Counted from the first letter of the stretch, positions 10,625-19,821 are shown. The stretch is DNA of 24,000 bases from Ureaplasma urealyticum serovar 8 str. ATCC 27618 (GCF_000169535.1 NZ_AAYN02000002.1:464642-488641), one strand, 5' to 3'. Numbers and translations: made by a program. Notes: generated from the sequence alone by a model not told the origin.

Positions 10625-11809
10625 ATGAACAAACCAGTGTGTTTGCTTCGTTTAGATAATTACTATTTTACATTAATAGCATTTATTTACAATGATGTAA
10701 CTAAAGCTAATGATTTAGTATTTATAAAATCACTTCCAAACAATAATCAAAATAATTATGAGTCATCAAACTTTTTGCAAACTGATCTAAAAATGCAACT
10801 TAATTCATTAATTAGTTGTTTAAAAAAAGAATTACACATTAATTTTATTGATGAAATTATTATCAGTTATGGTTTTAGTAGCTTTCAAACTACAAACACT
10901 ACTTTTTATAATTATAATGACTTTATGAAATTAGAAAGTAATTTTTGCAACAATGATCATACTGAACTATTAAGTTCAGATCAAAAAAGTTATGTAGCAG
11001 TTGATTTTGGAATAAGCCACTATTCTAAAGAAAATAGCTATAAATTGATTTCATACTACATTTTAAAATACGATTATCAATTAATAATTGATTTGTGTCA
11101 ATCATTAAACTTAAAGATCAAACAATTTATAGTTTCACAAGCACATTTAAATGGCTTTGAATTTAATGATCATGACAGTAAAGCTTCACTATTATTAGAA
11201 ATAGAAGATTATAAAACAATTTTTAAAACTTATAATCAAACTAATTTAATTAGTAATGTAATTAGCGAAGCAAAAAACCACTTTTGTTTGGCTAATGTCA
11301 TCACACAAACAGCACAATCACTAAATATTAATTCTAAAAAAATTGAATCATATTTTAGAGATATTAATTACAATAATCAAAAAATTATTGAAATTAATGT
11401 AGATCCTAAACTTTTGTTTACTTATAATTCTATTTGTGGACAAGATCTTGAAAATGTTTTTTTAAAAATTTTCCAAGAGCATTTTGAAAAAAGTCTACTT
11501 TTACAATTCGATCATCCTTTACTAGATTTTAACCCAAAGAATTTAGCCTTCCTTTTTATTAATACTCCTTTTAATAATTTGAATCAAATATTTCATCGTT
11601 TTTTTAGTTCATATTTTAAAGAAATTAAAGTTGAAGTTTTTCAAAATAAATCATTTGTTTCATCAAATTGTTATGAATATAGTACTAGTCAGGCCCTAGC
11701 TAAGCAGGATTTTTATAATATGCATAACGTTAAGAATTTTGATAACTTTAGCAATGAAAATATTCTAGCAAAGATGTATCACCAGACGGTAAACGTAAAA
11801 AATTTTTAA
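10625..11809 (+). CDS. Hypothetical protein occupying the FtsA / MG223-like third position of the Mollicutes dcw cluster (possibly a degenerate actin-fold FtsA-like protein)
   Basis: ORF 10610..11809. The preferred start is ATG 10625, because 10611-10617 (TGGAGGA) is an RBS 7 nt upstream. It lies directly after rsmH. There is only vague actin-fold resemblance (LLRLDNYYFTLIAF, YVAVDFGISHY) and the canonical phosphate-binding DxG motifs are not seen. Confidence 0.55.
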   Translation: MNKPVCLLRLDNYYFTLIAFIYNDVTKANDLVFIKSLPNNNQNNYESSNFLQTDLKMQLNSLISCLKKELHINFIDEIIISYGFSSFQTTNTTFYNYNDFMKLESNFCNNDHTELLSSDQKSYVAVDFGISHYSKENSYKLISYYILKYDYQLIIDLCQSLNLKIKQFIVSQAHLNGFEFNDHDSKASLLLEIEDYKTIFKTYNQTNLISNVISEAKNHFCLANVITQTAQSLNINSKKIESYFRDINYNNQKIIEINVDPKLLFTYNSICGQDLENVFLKIFQEHFEKSLLLQFDHPLLDFNPKNLAFLFINTPFNNLNQIFHRFFSSYFKEIKVEVFQNKSFVSSNCYEYSTSQALAKQDFYNMHNVKNFDNFSNENILAKMYHQTVNVKNF

Positions 11810-11818
11810 GTAAATATG

Positions 11819-11845
11819 TACCCTTTTTTAAAAGGGTATTTTTTA
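11819..11845 (+). terminator. Rho-independent terminator after the dcw genes
   Basis: TACCCTTTT (11819-11827) pairs with AAAAGGGTA (11830-11838) and is followed by TTTTTTAT. It lies 10 nt after TAA 11807-11809. Confidence 0.6.
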
Positions 11846-11883
11846 TTTAATTAAATATATAATAAAATATATAAGTACTAAAT

Positions 11884-11907
11884 AAACCCATTGCTTTGGG
11901 TTTTTTT
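11884..11907 (+). terminator. Second, orphan terminator-like hairpin
   Basis: AAACCCA (11884-11890), loop TTGCTT, TGGGTTT (11897-11903), then a T-run to 11907. No coding sequence lies between it and the previous terminator. Confidence 0.5.
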
Positions 11908-11912
11908 ATCTT

Positions 11913-11925
11913 TATAATATATAAT
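11913..11925 (+). promoter_or_regulatory. Candidate -10 boxes for the Abi/helicase cassette
   Basis: Two overlapping TATAAT hexamers (11913-11918 and 11920-11925) lie 44-56 nt upstream of ATG 11969, in a TA-repeat-rich spacer downstream of the two terminators. AT-rich DNA yields such hexamers easily. Confidence 0.3.
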
Positions 11926-11968
11926 TTTATATATATACATATATAAAAATAATGGGTGTAATGTTTAT

Positions 11969-12844
11969 ATGGCGTTAAGTAAACATAGTATTGGTTTGAT
12001 TAAAAATTTAAAAAACAAAGGATTAATTATTAAAAATAAAGAGAAATTTATTAGTTTTTTATTTAATTATGGAGTTATAAGAGTAATTGATGGTTATTCA
12101 TTTTTTTTAAAAAAAGATAATCAATATGTTGAAGGGTTAAAAAGTAAAGATTTAATCAACTTTGTTTTATTAGATCGCAAGATTGCTAATTTAATGGGTG
12201 ATTGCATTATGTTGTTTGAACAACAATTAAACGCTGTGGTTGTACAAAATTTTTTAAAAATCAATAATCTAACTTCAAAGTATGTTATAGATATGCGTGC
12301 AGATCCTTTTTTAAAATTTGATTCACCAAGACATTATGAAATCTTATCTGAAAATATTTATACATATGCTAATTCTTCAAATTTATTAAGCCAATTCAAT
12401 ATTAGTGTGCAACAAATTCCTTTAATTAATTTAGCACTATCATGAACATTAAACACTACAATTGGTTTTTATCGAGCAGTTGATGCTAATGTACAAATTA
12501 GTGTTTTAGAACATTTTGAACTAAATCATATTACGCCATTAGAATTTATTGATATTCTTCATATTGTTAAACATTTTCGAAATAGTATTTCACATAATGA
12601 TATGGTAATTACAAATAGTTTTAATGATAATGCGAGTGCATTTGCGAAAGTATTAAGGTTAAAAAGTGTTAAAAAAGTTGTAGGTTTTTTAGATGTTGTT
12701 GATTTTTTAACAGCTTTTACAAATGATAAATTTCATGTTTTAAATGGTAATTTGCGCGACAAAATTATGCAAGCAATTAAAAAGGCCAAATTTAAAGGAG
12801 CAGTTTTGCATCACATCAATAATTTATTGGGAATTGAAGGTTAA
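11969..12844 (+). CDS. Abi_2 (AbiD/AbiD1/AbiF)-like abortive-infection protein with HEPN-type Rx4H motif (291 aa)
   Basis: Tracked ORFs 11969..12445 and 12602..12844 share a frame (pos mod 3 = 2) and join via TGA 12443-12445 with no TAA/TAG between them. The layout resembles Abi_2: an N-terminal region (KFISFLFNYGVIRVIDGYSFFL, LLDRKIANLMGDCIMLFEQQLN) and a C-terminal HIVKHFRNSISHND. There, R-N-S-I-S-H (12578-12595) fits the HEPN RNase Rx4-6H signature conserved in this family. Assignment is by eye only. Confidence 0.65.
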
Positions 12845-12849
12845 TTATT

Positions 12850-15800
12850 ATGCAAGATGAACAATTGAATAATAAAGCAATTAAACAAAAAGTTTTAAAT
12901 TTACTATCAACTGATACACGTGATAGTTGTATAAGAACACGTTTAACAAAATATCATTTAGATATTACAAACACTTTTAATAAGCATGAATTACAAGATT
13001 TTATCGAAGGTAAAATTAACGTTCTTAAAATTAAATCATTTATTAATACAAACATGTTTGAAAATAATCTTAAAAAAGCAGAATCAATGGATGATGTAAT
13101 TGATTATTTACAAGATTTTAACTTAAAACTAAAAGATCTTTTATCCATGCGTAAAATTAATGAATGAAATCAAGATTTTTTATTATATAAAAATGAACGA
13201 ATTGCTGATATGATCAAAGCAATTGAAAGCGAACCTAAAAAATTTGATCATTTAAGCCGTGAAGCACGTAGTATTTATGCTCAAACAGGAGTTTGACCTT
13301 TATTTATTGCTAAAAATTTTTTAATTGGTCCAACCCCTAAACCCTCAAGTTTGAATGCTCCATTAATTTTTATTGATGTTGAAATCAAAAAGCATAATGA
13401 TGAAATTTTTTTAAAACGTAAAAATACTAATTTTATTGTTAATGAAAAACTATTATCTTTTTTAAAAAATGATTTTAAAAATAATATTGTTTCATTAAAT
13501 GAAATTAAAAATTTTAATTATTTAGATATCCAAAATTTAATTAAAAAAATCACTTTAAAAGAGCATTTAGAATCAATTGTTGATAATAATGGTTTTTTAA
13601 ATTTAAAACAAAATGAAATTAAAGAACAATTTAATAATTTATTTTTATATGACGCTTATGTTTTAGGTATTTTTGAACCACTTGGTGGAGCTATTAAAAA
13701 TGATTTAGAAACTATTATTAATAGTAATATTGATCCATTTGATGAAGAAATTAATAATACTAACCAACAAATTTATAATAAAAATTATCATCATTTAGCT
13801 GAAGAAAATAAACTTCCATTAATCCAAATTAACCGACCATTAAATATTTTTCAAAAATATGCTATTCATTCAGCATTAGTTAAAAATACTTTAATATATG
13901 GACCGCCTGGAACAGGTAAATCAGAGGTTATTGCAAGTATTATTGCTAATGTGATTAATGATTTAAAAACAACTTTAATTATTTCAGAAAAAAAAGCTGC
14001 ATTAGATGTATTACATGAAAGATTAACTAAAATTAGTTTTTTTGCACTTTTTATTTATGATACAAACAATGATGATCAATTCTATAATAATATTTTTAAT
14101 TTAATTGAAAAAATCGGTGGATTAAGATTTATTGATAGTCAAAACTCAAACCAAGTTCATGATTTTAAATACAAAAACAATATTATTTCAAATATTTTTT
14201 ATAAAAAGATTCATGAATTAAAAAAAGAAATTATTAATATTTCATCACTAATTAAAAATTTACATAATGAAAAAGATACTAACAATAATAATTTTGCTAA
14301 TTATTTATATTGACTATCACGATTTAATGAATCTGAAATTAAATTTATTAATGATGAAAATTTAATTAATCAAATCAAAAACTTAATTAAAACTTATTCA
14401 TACACTTTTGATGAAATTATTGCACACGCTAAAAATAGTTATTACTTTTTTAAAAAGTATAATTACGAATTTTCTAAAAATAATTTATTAAAATTCAAAG
14501 AAGAAAATAACCAATTAAACCAGTTACAAATTGATTTTAATTTAATTACGAAATCTTTATATCAAAGCCAAACTTTTTTAGCACGAATTAATTTATTAGA
14601 AAGTTTTTTAGTTAAAAATAACATGATTTTAACCAGTTTTATATATGAAGATGCAAATCTATTAAGTAATGCTTATGTTGAAACCAATGAATTTTATGTA
14701 AAATTTAACTATCTTTTAAAAGATGATTTCAAAAAATTTCTTGAAGAGAATACAAAAACACATTCAACATTTTTAAATAATTTAAATAATTTAAAAAATA
14801 CTGATTGACCTTATGTTTTTGAACAATATTTATTAACTAATAATCCTTTAGCAAAAAAGGGTATGTTCAAAAAAATTAAGGGTGATGAAAAAACTTTATT
14901 AAAACAATTAGAAGTGCTTAAAGCATATTTTAATAATCCAATTTTATCAAAATTCAATTTTTTATTTTTAGAAGATTTAATGAACCAACCAATTGAAATT
15001 TTTAATATTGAAAATATTGTTTATTTGAATAATAAACAGTTGTTAACTAAACCTTATGCTAAAGATTTGTATGAAAATGTTTTTGATAAAAATTTATCGT
15101 ATGAATTAATTTTGCAACTTAAAGATTTAAATTTAAATAGTGAACAATATGACATTATCAATGATTTAATTCAATACCAAAATGAAGTTTTAATTAATTA
15201 CGAATTTATTAAAAATACTGATTTTTTTAACTTATGTAAAAAACTAAGAGATGCTAATATCCAATTTTCTAAAAATGCTGATGAAATTATTTACAATAAT
15301 TATTTAGATTATTTACAAATCAAATTAATCACTGCACCAAAACAAATGCAAACCAAAATTAAAGAAATTGCGCAAATTTGTCGTTTAACAAAAAAACCTA
15401 ATATTGTTAAATTTATTTTAAAGTATTATGAAGTTTTGCGCTTCCTTTTTCCAATTTGGATTAGTAAACCAGAACTTGTTAGTGAAATGTTGCCATTAAT
15501 AAACAAAAGCTTTGATTATGGAATTTTTGATGAAGCTTCACAGATGTTTTTAGAACGTTCATATCCATCAATTTATCGTTGCAATATTAATATTGTGGCA
15601 GGGGATGATAAACAATTATGTCCTACTAATTTTTTCATTAATCGTCAAGATAGCGAAAGTGATGAATTTGAATTAGCTGATGTAGATGTTGCAGAAAGTT
15701 TGTTAGATCGTGCTAAAACCGCTTTATGATCAGAGTATTTACTAAAAAATCATTATCGTTCTAATCGTGATGATTTAATTAGTTTTAGTAATGAAAATAT

Positions 15801-16707
15801 TTATAACAATGAATTACATTTTGCATCTAAAAATGGATTATTTGAACCAGGAATTGAAGTTATTAATGTTAATGGTACATTTGAGAATGATAATAGCATT
15901 GAAGCACAAAAAATTGTAGAAATTCTAAAAGAACAAGCTGCTAATTATAAAAAAATTATTGTGATTACTTTTAATATTAAACAAAGTGAATTAATTGAAA
16001 ATTTAATATTACAAACTTTTAGTTTTAATGATGTGATTTATCAACGTTTTGAAAATGATGAAATCATTGTTACCAATTTAGAAAATGTTCAAGGTAATGA
16101 AGCTGATTTAGTAATCCTATCAATTACTTACGCAAAAAACAAAGAAGGAATTTTACGTAACAATTATGGACCATTAATGAAAAAGGGTGGCGCTAATCGT
16201 TTAAACGTAGCGATCACAAGAGCAGCAGATAAAATGATAGTTGTTAAATCAATTAAAGCAGTTGATATGATGGTTAATATTAATAATGATAACATTCGGA
16301 CTTTTAAAAATTTTATTGCTTATTGTGATGAAATTACACAATTAGCTAACCAAAATAAATTTCAAAATTATCTATCTTTTAATGAAGAATTTTTAACAAG
16401 TTTTGAAAAAATTATCTTAACAATTTTAAAAGATCACAAAAAAGCTAACCAACAAATTTTACATAAATTAAAAATTGGTAATTTTAATATTGCTTTTGCT
16501 TTATATAATTTAGATAATCAAAAAATTGATTTACTTGTGTGTTTAGAAGAATTTAATGAGTGAAAATCTTATAATCTTTTAGAAATTTATGATCAATTTA
16601 ATTTTTTAATGGATCGTGGTTATAAAACAATTATTATTAATGATTATGAAATTTGTTTAAATTATCATCAAGTTAAAAATAATATTATTAAATTGATACA
16701 ATTATAA
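12850..16707 (+). CDS. Large SF1B Upf1/DNA2-like helicase (DUF4011 N-terminal region + AAA_11/AAA_12 core + degenerate C-terminal Vsr/REase-like domain), 1285 aa
   Basis: Five tracked ORFs (12850, 13351, 14623, 14863, 15961) all have pos mod 3 = 1. I read the gaps codon by codon and found only TGA, with no TAA/TAG until 16705-16707. Motif I is IYGPPGTGKS (13900-13923). Motif II is IFDEASQM (DEASQ 15529-15543). Motif III is VAGDDKQLCPT. Motif IV is LKNHYRSNRDDLISFSN. Motif V is VQGNEADLVILS (from 16090). Motif VI is GGANRLNVAITRAADKMIVV (16186-16245). The N-terminal segments LLSTDTRDSCIRTRL, ARSIYAQTGVWPLFIAKNFL and NAPLIFIDVEIKK resemble the DUF4011 pattern. The C-terminus (16396-16704) resembles the DUF559/REase_MTES_1575 fold. 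Confidence 0.8.
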
Positions 16708-16735
16708 ATTACATACTATATTTAGGAGGTATGAT

Positions 16736-17548
16736 TTGAATTTAAGATCATTTGAGTTTTTAAAAGGCAATGAAACTGTTTGAGATAAAGAGAAAAAAGC
16801 AATTAATGTTAGTTTAATTAAAGCTTCAATTTCATGTACGATCATGTGTATATTAATTGTTATTTTTGGTTTTTTAATGCGCAAATATTTATTTGAATAT
16901 TCTAGTGCAGTTAGTTTAACAATTAATTCAAAATTTGTTTTTCAAATAATTACAGGGATTGTGATTGTTTTATCGATTATCTATTTTATTGTGCATTTAA
17001 TTCTTTATTTTAGACGGAGATATAATTTTTTTGCCCCCAAAATTGGTTGATCAATTACATTATATATACTAGATGGTATTACAATGTGCTTTATGATTAG
17101 TTATGTATCAGCCATTGTTGGACTAGATTTAACACTAATTGCTATTGGAATTAGTTTATCAATTATTGTGGCAATGGGAATTTTAGGTTTTATTATGAAC
17201 CATAAAATCGCTTTTAAATTAAGTATTGCTAACATTGTTTTATTTACGATTGCAACAATTGGATCAATCATTTTATTAATTGTCTTTTTTACTACAAGAT
17301 ATAATCATGGTTTTAATCAAGGAATTATTATTGCTGATATTGTATTAAGTATTATTTGATTAATTTCTTTAAGTATTGGATTTGCTTCAACAATTTATAG
17401 TATGAGAATAATGGCAGAACACCACAATTTAGAAAATCATAAAATTATGCGTGATTTCACAACTTGAAATAGTTATTTGCTTTTTGCTTCATTTAATCGT
17501 ATATTATTGTATGTAATTCGTTTGATTGCATTATTTAAAAGAGTATAG
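16736..17548 (+). CDS. Seven-TM membrane protein, possibly BAX inhibitor-1/YccA family
   Basis: AGGAGG (16724-16729) lies 6 nt before TTG 16736. Tracked ORFs 16844..17050 and 17084..17359 are in this frame and join by TGA. There are about seven hydrophobic segments. The C-terminal tail ...LLFASFNRILLYVIRLIALFKRV loosely resembles the BI-1 family C-terminus. TAG at 17546-17548. Confidence 0.5.
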
Positions 17549-17552
17549 TTAT

Positions 17553-17580
17553 AACAGGTTCAAAATGAACCTGTTTTTTA
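17553..17580 (+). terminator. Rho-independent terminator
   Basis: AACAGGTTC (17553-17561), loop AAAAT, GAACCTGTT (17567-17575), then TTTTT. Confidence 0.7.
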
Positions 17581-17608
17581 TTCTATAGCAAACATTAATA
17601 ATTATTTT

Positions 17609-17635
17609 TTAGCACTCTTTACTTTTAAGTGCTAA
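17609..17635 (+). promoter_or_regulatory. CIRCE operator (HrcA binding site) upstream of clpB
   Basis: TTAGCACTC-TTTACTTTT-AAGTGCTAA compared with the consensus TTAGCACTC-N9-GAGTGCTAA. The left arm is perfect, the right arm has one mismatch, and the spacer is exactly 9 nt. A -10-like TAAAAT (17633-17638) overlaps the right arm. The clpB ATG is 36 nt downstream, after an AGGAGGG RBS. Confidence 0.88.
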
Positions 17636-17670
17636 AATATTATTAATGTAATTTAGGAGGGTGATTAATT

Positions 17671-19785
17671 ATGGAATTTAAACAAAAAAATACAAGTAAT
17701 CCACTAGAAGAATTTGGACGTAATTTAAACCAAGAAATTTTAGATAATAAAATTGATCCTATTATTGGTCGAGATGAAGAGATTAGAAGAACGATTGAAA
17801 TTTTAAGTCGTAAAACAAAAAATAATCCTGTTTTAATTGGTGAACCAGGTGTAGGGAAAACAGCGATTGTTGAAGGATTAGCGTATCGAATTGTTCATAA
17901 AGATGTTCCTTCAAATTTATTAGATAAAACAATTATTGAATTATCATTATCATCATTAATTGCTGGAGCAAGTTATCAAGGACAATTTGAAGAACGAATT
18001 AATGCCATTTTAAAAGAAGTTAAAAAATCAAATGGCAATATTATTTTGTTTATTGATGAAATTCACCAAATTGTTGGTATGGGTAGAAACCAGGGCTCAA
18101 ATATGGATGTTGCTAACATCCTAAAGCCAATGATGGCAAGAGGTGAAATTAAATTAATTGGCGCAACAACGCTAGATGAATATCGTTTATACATTGAAAA
18201 AGATCAAGCATTAGAACGTCGTTTCACAAAAGTTTTAGTAAATAAACCAACAATTCAAGAAACATTAACTATTATGCGTGGTTTAAAACCACGTTGAGAA
18301 GCTTTTCATGGAATTAAAATTCATGATAATGCACTAATTGCTGCTGTTAATTTATCTGAACGTTATATAAATGATCGTAATTTACCAGATAAAGCTATTG
18401 ATTTAATTGATGAAGCAGCTGCAAAAATTAAAACTCAAATTAATTCACAACCAATATACTTAGATGAAATAAAACGAGATTTACAACACTTACAAACAGA
18501 AAAAGCGGCTTTAGAATCTGAAAAAGATGAAAAATCTATTAAACGTTTAAATGATATTTTAGAAAAAATTAAATTAAAACAAGATGAATTTAATAATCTA
18601 AATGATATTTATTTAAAAGAAAAGAAACAAATTGATGATTTAAAAAATCTACGTCAAAAAATTGAACGAATTCAACATGATATTGAATTTTATCAATCTG
18701 AGGGTAAATATGAAAAAGCATCAAGACTTCTTTATTCAGATTTGCCAGCACTCGAAAAACAACGTGGAGAATTAGAAAATAAAATTAATGAAAATAGTAG
18801 TCAAAAAATGATTGTTGATTCATTAACAGAAAATGAAATTGCAGATGTTATTGCACGAGCCACAGGGATTCCACTAAATCATTTATTAGCTGATGAAAAA
18901 ACAAAACTACTATCATTAAATAAACGCATTGCAGCACATGTGATTGGTCAAGATGAAGCAGTTAAATTAATAAGTGATGCAGTAATTCGTGGACGTGCAG
19001 GTATTAACAATCCTAATCAACCAATTGGGTCATTCTTATTTTTAGGGCCAACAGGGGTTGGTAAAACTGAATTAGCAAAAACATTAGCTAAAGAACTATT
19101 TGATTCACAAAAAGCACTAATTAGATTTGATATGAGTGAGTACATGGAAAAACATAGTGTATCAAAATTAGTTGGTGCACCACCAGGTTATGTTGGTTAT
19201 GAAAATGCTGGTTTGCTAACCGAATCAGTTAAACGTAAATCTTATAGTATTTTATTATTTGATGAAATTGAAAAGGCTCATCCTGATGTTTTAAACATTT
19301 TATTGCAAATCTTGGATGAAGGTAGTGTTAAAGATGCTAAAAATAATGAAATTAATTTTAAAAATACAATCATTATTATGACATCAAACGTTGGAGCTGA
19401 AGCATTGTTAGAAAATAATAAAACAAATGCTTTAATGGAATTACAAAAAACTTTTAAACCAGAAATTTTAAATCGGATTTCAGAAATTATTTTCTTTAAT
19501 AAATTATCAAAAGAAGTTATCTTTAAAATTAGTGAAAACTTACTTAAAGAATTGAGCGACTTATTAGCTAAACAAGATTATTCAATTAAATTTAATGATA
19601 ATATTGCTAAGATTATGGTTGATGAAGCTTATAGCTCAAATTATGGTGCAAGACCATTAAAACGTTGGATTACAAAACATTTAGAAAATGAAATTGCAAA
19701 ATTAATAATTGAGAATCGTATCACAAAAAATAGAAACTATGAAATAAATTATGATCGTGAAGCAGATCAAGTTTTAATTAAATAA
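17671..19785 (+). CDS. clpB: ATP-dependent chaperone/disaggregase ClpB (short form lacking the N-terminal domain, 704 aa)
   Basis: Tracked ORFs 17671..18297 and 18742..19785 are in frame and join via TGA. NBD1 has [40 protein letters not shown] and ILFIDEIH. A coiled-coil middle domain follows. NBD2 has [16 protein letters not shown] and [10 protein letters not shown], plus sensor GARPLKRWI. Confidence 0.95.
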
Positions 19786-19788
19786 TGC

Positions 19789-19821
19789 AAAAACCACCAA
19801 AAACAAAATGGTGGTTTTTTA
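19789..19821 (+). terminator. Rho-independent terminator after clpB
   Basis: CCACCA (19794-19799), loop AAAACAAAA, TGGTGG (19809-19814), T-run 19815-20. An A-run precedes the stem. Confidence 0.7.

Noticed and set aside
11931-11950. TA-rich quasi-palindrome (ATATATACATATATAAAAAT) as a possible att site or inverted repeat of a mobile element carrying the Abi/helicase cassette
   Set aside because: No matching repeat is seen at the other cassette boundary (16708-16735; only trivial TACATA-type 6-7-mers). No integrase, transposase or recombinase gene is present. TA repeats are self-complementary by nature.
11952-11978. 8-codon upstream ORF (MGVMFIWR) overlapping the Abi gene start
   Set aside because: It is very short, has no RBS of its own and is out of frame. 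It cannot be distinguished from chance in AT-rich DNA. It is noted only as a possible leader peptide to test if ribosome profiling becomes available.
14772-14798. 9-nt tandem repeat TTAAATAAT TTAAATAAT TTAAAAAAT (LNNLNNLKN) inside the helicase insert
   Set aside because: It is in frame, has only about 3 units and is in low-complexity N/K/L-rich sequence. It is unlikely to be a phase-variation switch, because the unit length is a multiple of 3.
16731-16745. ATG 16731 as the start of the 7-TM gene or as a 4-codon mini-ORF (M-I-W-I-stop)
   Set aside because: The ATG is only 1 nt from the AGGAGG RBS and terminates after 4 codons. TTG 16736 is in frame with the long ORF at ideal 6-nt spacing. The mini-ORF is probably fortuitous.
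16702-16884. 60-aa ORF on the - strand
   Set aside because: It overlaps the 3' end of the helicase gene and the 5' end of the 7-TM gene in antisense. It has no RBS and no recognisable motif.
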